Of a stretch of DNA of 44,743 nucleotides, positions 18,421 to 28,226 are shown piece after piece (positions within the stretch are counted from its first letter, which is position 1; every line of letters starts with the position of its first letter). This DNA is from Promethearchaeota archaeon. GTDB lineage: Archaea > Asgardarchaeota > Lokiarchaeia > Sigyniarchaeales > SOKP01. The position numbers were made by a program, and so were the translations under genes. The notes under the pieces were generated by a model that was given only the letters and a program-made list of their open reading frames with translations, made no database searches and was not told the origin of the DNA. The stretch spans positions 1 to 44,743 of the forward strand of contig JAHPZI010000004.1 of the NCBI GenBank assembly GCA_019058295.1, read 5' to 3'.

Positions 18421-19887
18421 TTGCAAAAAGAAAGTCAAAATATAATCGTTTTTATGCTGGATTCTCTAAGACCCGATCATTTAGGTTTAAACGGCTGTGA
18501 CATAGCAAAAACGCCTAATATTGATAGTTTAGCCGAACATGGAATTAATTTTACTAATACTTATTCCGAATTTCCTTTTACAATCCCTACAAGAACAGCT
18601 TTAACGGCAGGGATTTATACGCATACAAATAGACCTTGGATGCCGATGAAAGATTACGATCTCCATATTAGTAAGTTATTGCAAAAGAAAAAGAAATATA
18701 ACACTGGCTTATTTGGCGATAGCCCAATGACCGTTGATCTTTTTAATTGCCATATTGGATTTAAAGATTATAAACATTCTAAGTACGGAAAATGTCAACC
18801 AAATGTTTCCAATGCTTATAATTCAGAAATAAAAACTAACGATTATATTTGGGGAGATGAACATGTGGCTTCCAAATTAAAAACAAGAGAGTTGCCCCTT
18901 GAAATCGAACAATGGTTATTTAGAAATACATTAGCGAATGAATATTATTTAGAAAAAACACTAGGTTTGAGACGCTCAGAAGTTGTTACAAATTGGGCAT
19001 TAGAATGGCTCGATAATCCAGAAAATCTTAAAGCCCCATTCTTTCTTTGGGTTGATCATTTTGAACCTCATGAGCCTTGGTTAGCACCTGAAAAATTTTT
19101 GAAACCTTTTGAACATTTAATGGATGAATCTGAAGGAATTTGTCCTATGCCACCTGCTGATTCAACATTACTTTCGGAGGGAGTAATTAAAAATCTATTG
19201 GCTCATGTGCATGCTACTAATTACGAAGTTGATATGGAGGTTGGAAGAGTTCTACAAAAAATTGGCGATCTAGGGTTAACTGATGATACTGTGATTATTA
19301 TAATAAGCGATCATGGGGAGCCTTATGGAGAACACGGAAGAATTAGAAAATATGGAATAGTCCTCTATGATGAATTAGCAAAGATTCCTTTTATTGTTAA
19401 AGGTCCTGGTTTTGATAAAGGAAGAAAAATGGACACATTATTAACCACTCCCGATATTTCAGGATTCTTTTTGGAAACAGCAGGAATAAATATACACAAG
19501 GATATGGAATCACTCTCGTTATATCCTGCAATCAACGATAAAAATTCGGAGATAAATGCTGTTCACGATATGATTTTTTTTGGTGCCTTTCAAATCAGAG
19601 CCGGTTGTAGAACTCCACAATGGAAATTTATTGATAATAGAGGTGAAAAAGGCGGAATGGATGAATTATACGACCTAAATAACGACCCTGAGGAAAAGAA
19701 TAATTTAATTAACGAGGAATCCGAAATTTCCCAAGCTTTATGCAAAGATGTGTGGGAGTTTGGAAAGCTTTGGGCAAGGCAGCTCGCATTTAGAGACCAT
19801 CCAATGGATCCCTTTACAAAAATTAAGATAAAAAAAACTATGGGAAAGAATTTCAAAAAACTAATGAAAGAATCTTTTTATGAATGA
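18421..19887 (+). CDS. Sulfatase-like hydrolase/transferase (alkaline phosphatase superfamily) with Thr at the nucleophile position
   Basis: DSLRPDHLG, TPNIDSLA, TIPTR, EPHEPW, SDHGE and ELYDLNNDPEE motifs. Confidence 0.88.
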   Translation: MQKESQNIIVFMLDSLRPDHLGLNGCDIAKTPNIDSLAEHGINFTNTYSEFPFTIPTRTALTAGIYTHTNRPWMPMKDYDLHISKLLQKKKKYNTGLFGDSPMTVDLFNCHIGFKDYKHSKYGKCQPNVSNAYNSEIKTNDYIWGDEHVASKLKTRELPLEIEQWLFRNTLANEYYLEKTLGLRRSEVVTNWALEWLDNPENLKAPFFLWVDHFEPHEPWLAPEKFLKPFEHLMDESEGICPMPPADSTLLSEGVIKNLLAHVHATNYEVDMEVGRVLQKIGDLGLTDDTVIIIISDHGEPYGEHGRIRKYGIVLYDELAKIPFIVKGPGFDKGRKMDTLLTTPDISGFFLETAGINIHKDMESLSLYPAINDKNSEINAVHDMIFFGAFQIRAGCRTPQWKFIDNRGEKGGMDELYDLNNDPEEKNNLINEESEISQALCKDVWEFGKLWARQLAFRDHPMDPFTKIKIKKTMGKNFKKLMKESFYE

Positions 19888-21514
19888 CTATTTTCTTGGA
19901 TTAGACTGCTCAACTCAGAGTTTAACTGGTGTTATTATTGATTTTGACTCAGGAGAAGTTATATTTAGAAATAAGATAAACTATGATGTGGATTTACCAC
20001 ACTATAAAACTCAAAATGGAGTTGTAATTCATGAGGATCCAAAGGTTGTTCACTCTTACCCCTTGATGTGGGTAGAATCTTTAGAATTATTATTTGAAAA
20101 AATTTCTCAACATAATATTCCAACTGAAAATATTAAAGGCATCTCTGGATCTGGGCAACAACACGGAACTGTTTATTTAAATGATAAGTTCGAAAAAGTG
20201 CTTCAAAATTTAAAATCAAGTGAACCGCTATCCAAACAATTAGAAAATACTTTTTCTCGTAAAACTAGTCCAATTTGGATGGATAGTAGTACTACTAAAC
20301 AATGTAAAGAAATTCGCGAAACTCTTGGCGGAATGGAAGCTACTATTAAAATTACTGGCTCTAATACCTTCGAGAGATTTTCCGGACCTCAAATTAGAAA
20401 ATTTTATCAAGAAAATTCCGAAGCTTATAATAATACCAAAATAATTCATCTTGTTAGTTCATTTATGGCATCAATTTTATTAGGTAAAAATGCTCCAATA
20501 GATAATTCAGATGGAGCAGGCATGAATTTAATGAATATAATGACAAAAAAATGGGACAATCGAGCTTTAGATGCCACCGCTCCTAATTTAAATAAAAAAT
20601 TACCATCTCTTACCAATTCATATGATATTATAGGTAAAATTTCTCCTTATTTTGTAAAGAAATATCATTTTCATCCTGAAACTCTTATAATTGCCTGGTC
20701 TGGTGATAATCCAAATAGTTTAATTGGTGTTGGCTTAGTTAATAAAGGGAAAGTGGCTATAAGTTTGGGGACCAGCGATACATACTTCGGCTATTTAAAG
20801 AAGTTATATTTAGATTTGAATGCTGAAGGGCATGTTTTTGGTTCTCCTACAGGAGATTATATGAGCTTAATTTGTTTTAAAAATGGATCTTTAGCAAGAG
20901 AAATGATTAAAGATAGATTTAATTTAGATTGGAATCAATTTTCCAAGATATTAAATAAAACTCCTAAGGGAAATTTCGGAAAAATAATGTTACCCTATTT
21001 TTTTCCTGAAATTGTTCCATTAGTATTAAATCCTAAAGTATATAGGTTTGGTTTTGATGAAAATGACTTGGAAGGGAATGTAAGAGCGATAATAGAAGCC
21101 CAATTCCTCTCAATAAGACTTCATTCCCGATGGATTGGTGAAAAACCAACAGAAATTTACGCAACTGGAGGTGCGTCAGCAAATGAAGATATCTTAAAAA
21201 TCGCCGCTAATATTTTCAATACAACCATTAGACGATTTGAAATTACAGACTCGGCTGCTTTAGGGGCAGCTTTCAGAAGCGCTAAATCTTACTATGACTT
21301 TACTGACAATGATACTGGAAAGAATTGGGAAAATATATTGAATAAATTCTTAAAATTTCAAGATAGCATTGTTATCGAACCAGATAAGGTATATAGAGAA
21401 TTATACGATGATATGCTTGAGCTTTATAGAAAATGTGAAGATTTTATTTTAAGAAATGGTGAAGATCCAGAACTTTTTAGAAAAAAATTTATTAAAAAAT
21501 ATTTTCCTTCTTAA
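19880..21514 (+). CDS. xylB: Xylulokinase, FGGY family, eukaryote-like (XYLB/Xks1) subtype
   Basis: LGLDCSTQ, SGSGQQHG, SPIWMDSST, ERFSGPQIRK, LVSSFMAS, GMNL, GDNP, SLGTSDT and FKNGSLARE; 8-bp overlap with the sulfatase-like gene. Confidence 0.85.
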   Translation: MNDYFLGLDCSTQSLTGVIIDFDSGEVIFRNKINYDVDLPHYKTQNGVVIHEDPKVVHSYPLMWVESLELLFEKISQHNIPTENIKGISGSGQQHGTVYLNDKFEKVLQNLKSSEPLSKQLENTFSRKTSPIWMDSSTTKQCKEIRETLGGMEATIKITGSNTFERFSGPQIRKFYQENSEAYNNTKIIHLVSSFMASILLGKNAPIDNSDGAGMNLMNIMTKKWDNRALDATAPNLNKKLPSLTNSYDIIGKISPYFVKKYHFHPETLIIAWSGDNPNSLIGVGLVNKGKVAISLGTSDTYFGYLKKLYLDLNAEGHVFGSPTGDYMSLICFKNGSLAREMIKDRFNLDWNQFSKILNKTPKGNFGKIMLPYFFPEIVPLVLNPKVYRFGFDENDLEGNVRAIIEAQFLSIRLHSRWIGEKPTEIYATGGASANEDILKIAANIFNTTIRRFEITDSAALGAAFRSAKSYYDFTDNDTGKNWENILNKFLKFQDSIVIEPDKVYRELYDDMLELYRKCEDFILRNGEDPELFRKKFIKKYFPS

Positions 21515-21633
21515 ATTTAAATGTTTTTAGGAAGATATCACATAAATAATCTAATAATAAAAGTTATTTTTAATGATATAATTATTATATATATTTAACA
21601 AATCTATTATTTTGATTTTCTGAGAAGAGAAAA

Positions 21634-22428
21634 ATGTCAAATGAGATCCCGGAAAATGTTAAAGAATCACTTCGGGCAATAGGTCTGACTGATTATGAAA
21701 TTTCGATCTATCTTACATTAACCTCTAAAGGACCAATGGATGCGAGAGAACTATCAGAAGCTTCAGGTGTCCCCTATTCTCGAATATATAATATCCTAAC
21801 GCAATTAGAAAAGGATAAAATGTGGATAATTAAAGAGGAGGAATCGAGACCAAGCAGATATTTTGCCAAAAGTCCAGATGAAGCACTTATCATTGCGAAA
21901 AAACAGTATAACGATGCTTTTGATAAAAATTCTAATAAAATAATTCACACTTTAACCCCCATTTATCAATCGCATGATGTACCGATAAAGATTGCGTTAT
22001 ACATCCATAGGGGTCGAGATGTATGCATTAATAGAGCCCTTTCGTTGATTAACTTGGCAAAAAACTCGATTTATTTAGTTTCTACGGATTTTGATTTTTT
22101 AAATGCTTATTATGACGATATCAAGAAAGCTAGAGCAAGAGGTGTAATAGATCTTAAATTATTAGTCGAGGAAAAAGCCTTAGAAGATAAAAACTATCTG
22201 AACATATTAAAAAAATATAAAGAACTCTGTGAAATTAAATCTCGAGACCAAGTATTTGGGAGTTCACTCATTATTGACGAAGGAGAAGACGCCTTCATTG
22301 TTCTCTCCCAGAAATTTTTCGAAAGATACTCGTATTTTGGAATTGAAACTGATCATATTGCTTTTGGTCCAGCTGCATTATTTTACTTTAGTTATCTTTA
22401 CGATTCTGCCAATTTAGTTGAGTTATAA
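21634..22428 (+). CDS. TrmB-family transcriptional regulator
   Basis: LRAIGLTDYEISIYLTL...ELSEASGVPYSRIYNIL...RPSRYFAKSP, followed by an effector-binding domain. Confidence 0.92.
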   Translation: MSNEIPENVKESLRAIGLTDYEISIYLTLTSKGPMDARELSEASGVPYSRIYNILTQLEKDKMWIIKEEESRPSRYFAKSPDEALIIAKKQYNDAFDKNSNKIIHTLTPIYQSHDVPIKIALYIHRGRDVCINRALSLINLAKNSIYLVSTDFDFLNAYYDDIKKARARGVIDLKLLVEEKALEDKNYLNILKKYKELCEIKSRDQVFGSSLIIDEGEDAFIVLSQKFFERYSYFGIETDHIAFGPAALFYFSYLYDSANLVEL

Positions 22429-22445
22429 TAAGGGAGAAGTTATTT

Positions 22446-23261
22446 TTGAAAATTGGATTAATATATTTTTCTCCAACGGAAAACACAGCAAAAATAGCTG
22501 AAATAGTTAAAAACAAATTGGATGAACTAAATAATGAAGTCGAAGAATTTAATATTACTAATTATTCAGAAAGGCAAAAAAAAATAGATTTAGGGCAATT
22601 TGAGGCATTTATTTTTGGATTCCCAATATATTATTGGAGAGCGCCGAAGTTAATTAGAGATTGGCTTTTAACTTTAAAAGGAGAAGGCAAAAAATCATCC
22701 GTCTTTTTTACTTATGGTGGAGTTAATATTTTGGCACATCATAACATTAAGAATATACTCACTAATCAAAATTTTGTACTAGTTTCAACTGCTGAATTTG
22801 TAGGCAAACATACTTATAATTTAGCAGGATGGAAGTTAAATGAAAGTCGTCCAAACCAAGAAGATTTTGAAATAGCAAAAGATTATACTGTTAAAACTTA
22901 TAAAAGATTTACAGGTGAAGATACTGGAATAGTAGATTTTGAACCCTCTCATATTTCTGAAGAGGCAGTTGATCGGATTGAGATTATGCTAAAAAAAGAG
23001 ATCCCTATACCTTTTAGAGAAGAAGAATGTAGTATGTGTCGAACTTGTGAAGAATTATGTCCCGTAAATGCAATGGATGCAGATAAAGGAAAACCTAATG
23101 GAAGTACTTGTATTAGATGTTTAAGATGTGTTGCAAACTGCCCTGATGGTGTACTAAAAATAGAGAATATGTTAGTTCAATATCAACTTATAAAAAAAGC
23201 AACTAAATTTACAGATGAAATTTTAAATAGTAGAAAAAGTAAAATTCTATTGCAAAATTAA
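22446..23261 (+). CDS. Flavodoxin-ferredoxin fusion (EFR1-like), second copy
   Basis: YFSPTENT, GFPIY, TYGG, CSMCRTCEELCP and CIRCLRCVANCP; TTG start. Confidence 0.88.
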   Translation: MKIGLIYFSPTENTAKIAEIVKNKLDELNNEVEEFNITNYSERQKKIDLGQFEAFIFGFPIYYWRAPKLIRDWLLTLKGEGKKSSVFFTYGGVNILAHHNIKNILTNQNFVLVSTAEFVGKHTYNLAGWKLNESRPNQEDFEIAKDYTVKTYKRFTGEDTGIVDFEPSHISEEAVDRIEIMLKKEIPIPFREEECSMCRTCEELCPVNAMDADKGKPNGSTCIRCLRCVANCPDGVLKIENMLVQYQLIKKATKFTDEILNSRKSKILLQN

Positions 23262-23272
23262 ATAGGCAAAAA

Positions 23273-24187
23273 ATGACATATAAAGGTATATTTCCAGCCA
23301 CCATTACTCCAATGAATGCAGATTTTTCTATTGATTTTGACAGTTTCAAAAATTATTTAAGTTGGTTAAAAAATCAAGATGTTTCCGGGTTTGCTATTAA
23401 TGTAGATACTGGTGAAGGTCCTTCCTTAACGTCTGAAGAGAGAATGAAATTATTAACCATAGCAAAAGAAGTTTCTGAGGATTTAAAAATTATTGCAGGT
23501 ATTATCGGGAGTTCTACAGAAAGTGCTGTAAAAGAAGCTAAAAATGCCGTTTCTTGTGGAGCCGATGCTTTTTTGATTTTTCCTCATGAGACATTTAGGG
23601 GCGAGCCTCAAGATACGACTCTGATTTACAAATATCACGAAGCTATTGCTACAGAAACAAATAAAGACCTCATTATTTTTAATTTACAAGACGCTTTAGG
23701 AGGTTGTCTTTATACTAATGAGACTTTAAAGAAGTTGATCTCAATTCCACAAGTAAAAGCTATAAAAGAAGCTAGTTTTGATATTTCAATTTTTAAATCC
23801 ATGCATCAGTTTTTAAAAAAACAGGATAAAAAAATCTCATTTTTAACCGGAAATGATAATTTTATTTTGGACTCGTTTTCAATGGGCGCTGATGGAGGAT
23901 TATTAGGTTCATGTGCTCAATTAACTCAATTTCAAGTCGATTGTTTAAATTTTATCAAAAATAAACAATATGATAGAGCAAAAGAATTATCTAATATATT
24001 TCAGCCTATAATAGATGTGACTTTTATGGCTCCCGTTAATAACTACCGCGCAAGAACTAAATATTCATTGAAGTTGCAAGGGGTAATCCCTAACGATTAT
24101 GTTAGACCTCCTCTAACAGAAATTACTAATGAAGAAAAGAATTTTATTAAAAACGCTTTAAAATCATCCGGTATAATAAAGAATTAA
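23273..24187 (+). CDS. DHDPS/N-acetylneuraminate lyase family aldolase or dehydratase
   Basis: KGIFPATITP, TGE, Schiff-base Lys in AIKEAS, TGND and VRPPL. Confidence 0.85.
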   Translation: MTYKGIFPATITPMNADFSIDFDSFKNYLSWLKNQDVSGFAINVDTGEGPSLTSEERMKLLTIAKEVSEDLKIIAGIIGSSTESAVKEAKNAVSCGADAFLIFPHETFRGEPQDTTLIYKYHEAIATETNKDLIIFNLQDALGGCLYTNETLKKLISIPQVKAIKEASFDISIFKSMHQFLKKQDKKISFLTGNDNFILDSFSMGADGGLLGSCAQLTQFQVDCLNFIKNKQYDRAKELSNIFQPIIDVTFMAPVNNYRARTKYSLKLQGVIPNDYVRPPLTEITNEEKNFIKNALKSSGIIKN

Positions 24188-24217
24188 GAATTAAATTGAA
24201 TCCGATTTTTGGAATTC

Positions 24218-25597
24218 TTACTTTTTTCGATATTTAGGGTCTCTAATAACACATCCAGTATTTTTTCCAAGTCTCATTAAGTTTGAACAACCCGAGCACG
24301 CTATACAGACTTCTTTTTTATCAATAACACCTTTTTGAAAAATTTGTTTCGGAAAATTAGGATTAGCAATTGCCATCCTTCCAAAACCACAAATATCTGC
24401 TTTTTCTTGACGAATCATGCCTGTTGCGATATATCCACCAAATTGACGTAAGTAAGAATAACCAGATCCAATAACGACCATATCTTTAGGGACTTGGTTT
24501 TTTAATTTTGCTGTCAATTTAATTAATCTTTCCACGCTATAGAGTGGGTGCTCATTAGGTATAGCTCCTCCTTTTAATGGAGTATCGTAAGGTCTTGTAA
24601 TATGGGCCTTAAAATGAGGATTCCCCGCAGAAATATTAATCAATCTTATTCCAATGTTATATAATTCTTTAATTAGTTCTAATGGTTCTGATAAGTCAAT
24701 TGACGCAGGGGAAGTTTCATTTTCTATTTCTTTCACTCCAAAACCATTAGGGTATGGAATTCCATCATATACACCTATTCGGGAAGTTAATAGAAAATAT
24801 TTATCGTTTTTAATTTTTTTCATCGTTTTTTTTAGAATATTAAGAAAGAATCTTGCTCTATTTTCTAAAGATTCCCCTCCATATTTAGAATTCTCTCGAA
24901 CTCTTGAACTTAATAATTCACTTATTAAATAACCATGACAAGCTTTAATGTCTACTCCATCAAATCCCACTTCTTTTGCCAATACCGCTTTTTCTACCCA
25001 AATATTTTCTAATTTTTCTAAGTTATCATCAGAAATCACAATCCCATCTTTTTCTGATACACCCCTATCATTATCTAGTTCAGAATTATGATAAGCTCTA
25101 ATTGGGTGTTTTTTACCATTTAAAACGCAATATCTTCCCGAATGGTTTAATTGTAATATTAGAACGCAATTATCTTTAAATCCTAAATCTTTAAGAGTCT
25201 TATTACAGATCCTCCTTGTTGATGAAACAAGTTTCTTAAATTTATTAGAATTTAAATCTGATAAAATTAATTGATTTGGGTTTGAACGGCAGTCCTCGTT
25301 AATTGCTGTCGATTCAAACCAAATTAAACCAGCTCCTCCTCTTGCATAACGTGTATATCTTCTATTAGTCAACTTACTTGGAGATCCATCTAAATTTGCA
25401 TCGAAACCTTCCATAGGTTGGATTGCCAAACGATTAGGAATTGTTTTATTTTCTAATTTAACATTTTCTTGTAAAATTTTCACTTCTGAATTAATTGGAA
25501 TTCTTAAGTTTAAATCCATTAATCTATATTTTAAATCTTTAAGTGTTTTATACGAGAATATTTCAAATGAAGCATGAGAAGGCTTAAAATTCGTCAT
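24218..25597 (-). CDS. Old-yellow-enzyme family NADH:flavin oxidoreductase
   Basis: NRLAIQPMEG, QLNHSGR, GFDGVDIKACHGYL, YGGESLENRARF, GFGRMAIANP and CIACSGC. Confidence 0.9.
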   Translation of the reverse strand: MTNFKPSHASFEIFSYKTLKDLKYRLMDLNLRIPINSEVKILQENVKLENKTIPNRLAIQPMEGFDANLDGSPSKLTNRRYTRYARGGAGLIWFESTAINEDCRSNPNQLILSDLNSNKFKKLVSSTRRICNKTLKDLGFKDNCVLILQLNHSGRYCVLNGKKHPIRAYHNSELDNDRGVSEKDGIVISDDNLEKLENIWVEKAVLAKEVGFDGVDIKACHGYLISELLSSRVRENSKYGGESLENRARFFLNILKKTMKKIKNDKYFLLTSRIGVYDGIPYPNGFGVKEIENETSPASIDLSEPLELIKELYNIGIRLINISAGNPHFKAHITRPYDTPLKGGAIPNEHPLYSVERLIKLTAKLKNQVPKDMVVIGSGYSYLRQFGGYIATGMIRQEKADICGFGRMAIANPNFPKQIFQKGVIDKKEVCIACSGCSNLMRLGKNTGCVIRDPKYRKK

Positions 25598-25687
25598 TAA
25601 AAAACAATCACATATCTCTTTAGATATATATCATTCATTAATATAGATTAAAATTAAAATAAATATAGAACTTATCATACCTTCAAA

Positions 25688-26311
25688 ATGAAAAAAATTC
25701 TTCTATATCAGGGCGGACGATACATCAAATCAGAAAAAACCTACAATTATTTTAAAAATATTTTAAACGATTATAATATAGACTGCTTCGATAATGTTGA
25801 GATTTTCGGTACTAGAGATTTTTTTGAATACGATACGACGATTTTTTTTAGTCAAGAGGGTAAATTTACTGAAGAACAAGAAAAAAATCTCCTTAATTTT
25901 GTGTCTAGTGGAAAGGGTTTTATTGGATTACATGGCGCATCAGCTTCTTTTAAAAAGCATCCAAAATATTTCAAGATGTTAGGCGGACGATTTATTGGTC
26001 ATAAGCAGGTTATCAAGTTTGATATTAAGATTTTAGATAAAGTTCATCAAATTACACAGGATTTGGAAGATTTTAATTTTAAAGATGAGCCATATCGACA
26101 CGATTTTTCAATGGGTAAAGAAATTCACATTTTAGCTGAGGCAGATTATCACGATAAAACAGATCCAAAGCCTGAACCTATCATGTGGACAAATATTTAT
26201 GGTTCTGGGAGGGTTTTTTACTGTGCTTTAGGTCATAGAACTATATCACTTAAAGATGAAATCTTCCAAAAGATTATCAAAAATGCTCTAAAATGGGTTT
26301 TAGAAAGATAA
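25688..26311 (+). CDS. ThuA-like (GATase-fold) domain protein
   Basis: GKGFIGLH, LGGRFIGH, HQIT, DEPY, PIMW and GRVFYCALGH motifs. Confidence 0.85.
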   Translation: MKKILLYQGGRYIKSEKTYNYFKNILNDYNIDCFDNVEIFGTRDFFEYDTTIFFSQEGKFTEEQEKNLLNFVSSGKGFIGLHGASASFKKHPKYFKMLGGRFIGHKQVIKFDIKILDKVHQITQDLEDFNFKDEPYRHDFSMGKEIHILAEADYHDKTDPKPEPIMWTNIYGSGRVFYCALGHRTISLKDEIFQKIIKNALKWVLER

Positions 26312-26345
26312 AATTGAAAAACTAAGAAAAAAATAGTAATGATTA

Positions 26346-26801
26346 TTATTTCAAAAAAGCTTTTTTACCTAAAAAAATGAAAAGCTCTCCGAGCTCAAAA
26401 AGCGTTAATGGTTGAATCAATTGAGCCATTTGATTACGTAGCTCTTGTTTATCGAGACCGGCTATAACTAATTTCTCAATATCTGCTACGTAATCTTCCA
26501 TATTAATGAACAATATCTCAATCTTCGCAACGCCCGTTAATTCTTCAATATCTTTATTGAGGTGCTCTTCAATTTGATTTAACAATCCTAATTTTAATTT
26601 TGGATCGAGTTCATATTCGGAGATTAATCGATTTATCTCTTCTAATACAATATTCAAAGTTAAATTCCAATCCGCATTCTCTTTATATTTCGGAATTAAA
26701 ATTTCGCTAATTATTAACTCAAAAAGAGTATGGGGTTCTTGTTTGGTGAATTCTACTTCCATACCCGTTGATAGCTTAATTTTTTTACCTTCCTGAGCCA
26801 T
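26346..26801 (-). CDS. Hypothetical helical protein
   Basis: 151-aa ATG ORF filling the space between neighbours; no recognised motif. Confidence 0.7.
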   Translation of the reverse strand: MAQEGKKIKLSTGMEVEFTKQEPHTLFELIISEILIPKYKENADWNLTLNIVLEEINRLISEYELDPKLKLGLLNQIEEHLNKDIEELTGVAKIEILFINMEDYVADIEKLVIAGLDKQELRNQMAQLIQPLTLFELGELFIFLGKKAFLK

Positions 26802-26901
26802 TTTAACATCACAAGAATTTTTCGAAAACCAACTTATTAATTAATAAACCAACTAAATATAAAATAATTATTTTATTTCAAGAATATTTAAGAATTTTTA
26901 A

Positions 26902-28026
26902 CTAATAATATATTTTTTTTGAATGAGTAAAAGGAATAAACGAGTCTTTTGTAATCAAGATTTGATCTTCGGTACGGGCACCTCCTAATCCCTGGCCTGG
27001 AATGTATAATCCAGGCTCAACTGTTACAACCATATTTTCCTCTAAAAGCTCTTGAGAAAGGGGGGATAAATATGGTGTTTCATGAATGTCTATACCCACT
27101 CCATGTCCAAGACTATGAAGAAATCTTGCACCCCATTCTTTATTTTTATTAATAAAAAACTCTCGAACGATTTTGTCAATATCACAACATTTAACTCCCG
27201 CTTTTATGTTGTCTAACCCATATTGTTGAGCATCGTTCACTAAGTTTATTAATTTCGCTTTTTCTTTACTTTCTTTTTCTTTTCCAAAAATAAATGTTCT
27301 TGTCATATCAGAACAATAACCACCAAATCTTGCCCCAATATCTACTATAATTATATCGCCGTCTTGAACTTTTTTATTAGTAGTTTTAGCATGAGGATAT
27401 GCTGAATTTTCTCCTGAGGCTACAATTGTATCAAAAGGAATTCCTTCTGACCCTGCCTTTCGCATAGCGTATTCCGCCTCTGCCACCAGTTCATATTCCG
27501 TCTTACCTTCTTCTATGCCATCAAAGATCGTCTTAAATCCAAGATCTCCTATCTCCCCAGCTCTTCGAATTGCTTCTATTTCTTTATCAGTTTTTATTAT
27601 TCTGGCACCATTAATTATTTCCGAACTCTCCACAAATTTATCAATTTTATATTTTTCATTCCATTCGTTATATCTTTTAACTGAAATATAATCGTCTTCG
27701 AATCCTACAGAATTGAGTTCTAATTTATTAATTGTTTTGTATATGAAATTTGGTTTTCCACTTGGAATTTGCTTTATCTCTATAAAAGACAGACTTTTAT
27801 CTTCATCTATGAATTTTCTTGCCTGATCATATTCTAACGCATTAAAAAAAACCCAAATCTTCTCATCGTTATATTTTTTATCTTCTCTTGGAATAAAAAT
27901 TACAACGTCGCTTTCAACCTTAAATCCTAGGATATATATAACATTTTGTGGTTTCGTAATTAAAATACCATCAAGTTCAACAAATTTTTCATGAGAACGA
28001 ATACGATTTATTCTTTCTAAGCTCAT
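26902..28026 (-). CDS. pepQ: Xaa-Pro amino/dipeptidase (M24B)
   Basis: SGENSAYPHA, DIGA...YCSDMTRT, HSLGHGVGIDIHE, TVEPGLY and RTED metal-ligand motifs. Confidence 0.9.
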   Translation of the reverse strand: MSLERINRIRSHEKFVELDGILITKPQNVIYILGFKVESDVVIFIPREDKKYNDEKIWVFFNALEYDQARKFIDEDKSLSFIEIKQIPSGKPNFIYKTINKLELNSVGFEDDYISVKRYNEWNEKYKIDKFVESSEIINGARIIKTDKEIEAIRRAGEIGDLGFKTIFDGIEEGKTEYELVAEAEYAMRKAGSEGIPFDTIVASGENSAYPHAKTTNKKVQDGDIIIVDIGARFGGYCSDMTRTFIFGKEKESKEKAKLINLVNDAQQYGLDNIKAGVKCCDIDKIVREFFINKNKEWGARFLHSLGHGVGIDIHETPYLSPLSQELLEENMVVTVEPGLYIPGQGLGGARTEDQILITKDSFIPFTHSKKIYY

Positions 28027-28103
28027 AATAATATAAATCTCTCAAAATATTAATTAGATCTTCTTTTTTTTGAGCTTATCATATCAACCACAATAAAGAT
28101 AAG

Positions 28104-28226
28104 AAAGATAATTCAACCTTTTTTAAATTTATTAGGCAACAGAATCGAGATATCAACTTAATTATTAAATATTATTATTTTAGAGATATTAGGAATCAAT
28201 AAGATTAAAGATAATTCAACCTTTTT
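28104..28226. repeat. 20-bp exact direct repeat upstream of the M24 peptidase gene
   Basis: aaagataattcaaccttttt at 28104-28123 and 28207-28226. Confidence 0.8.
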
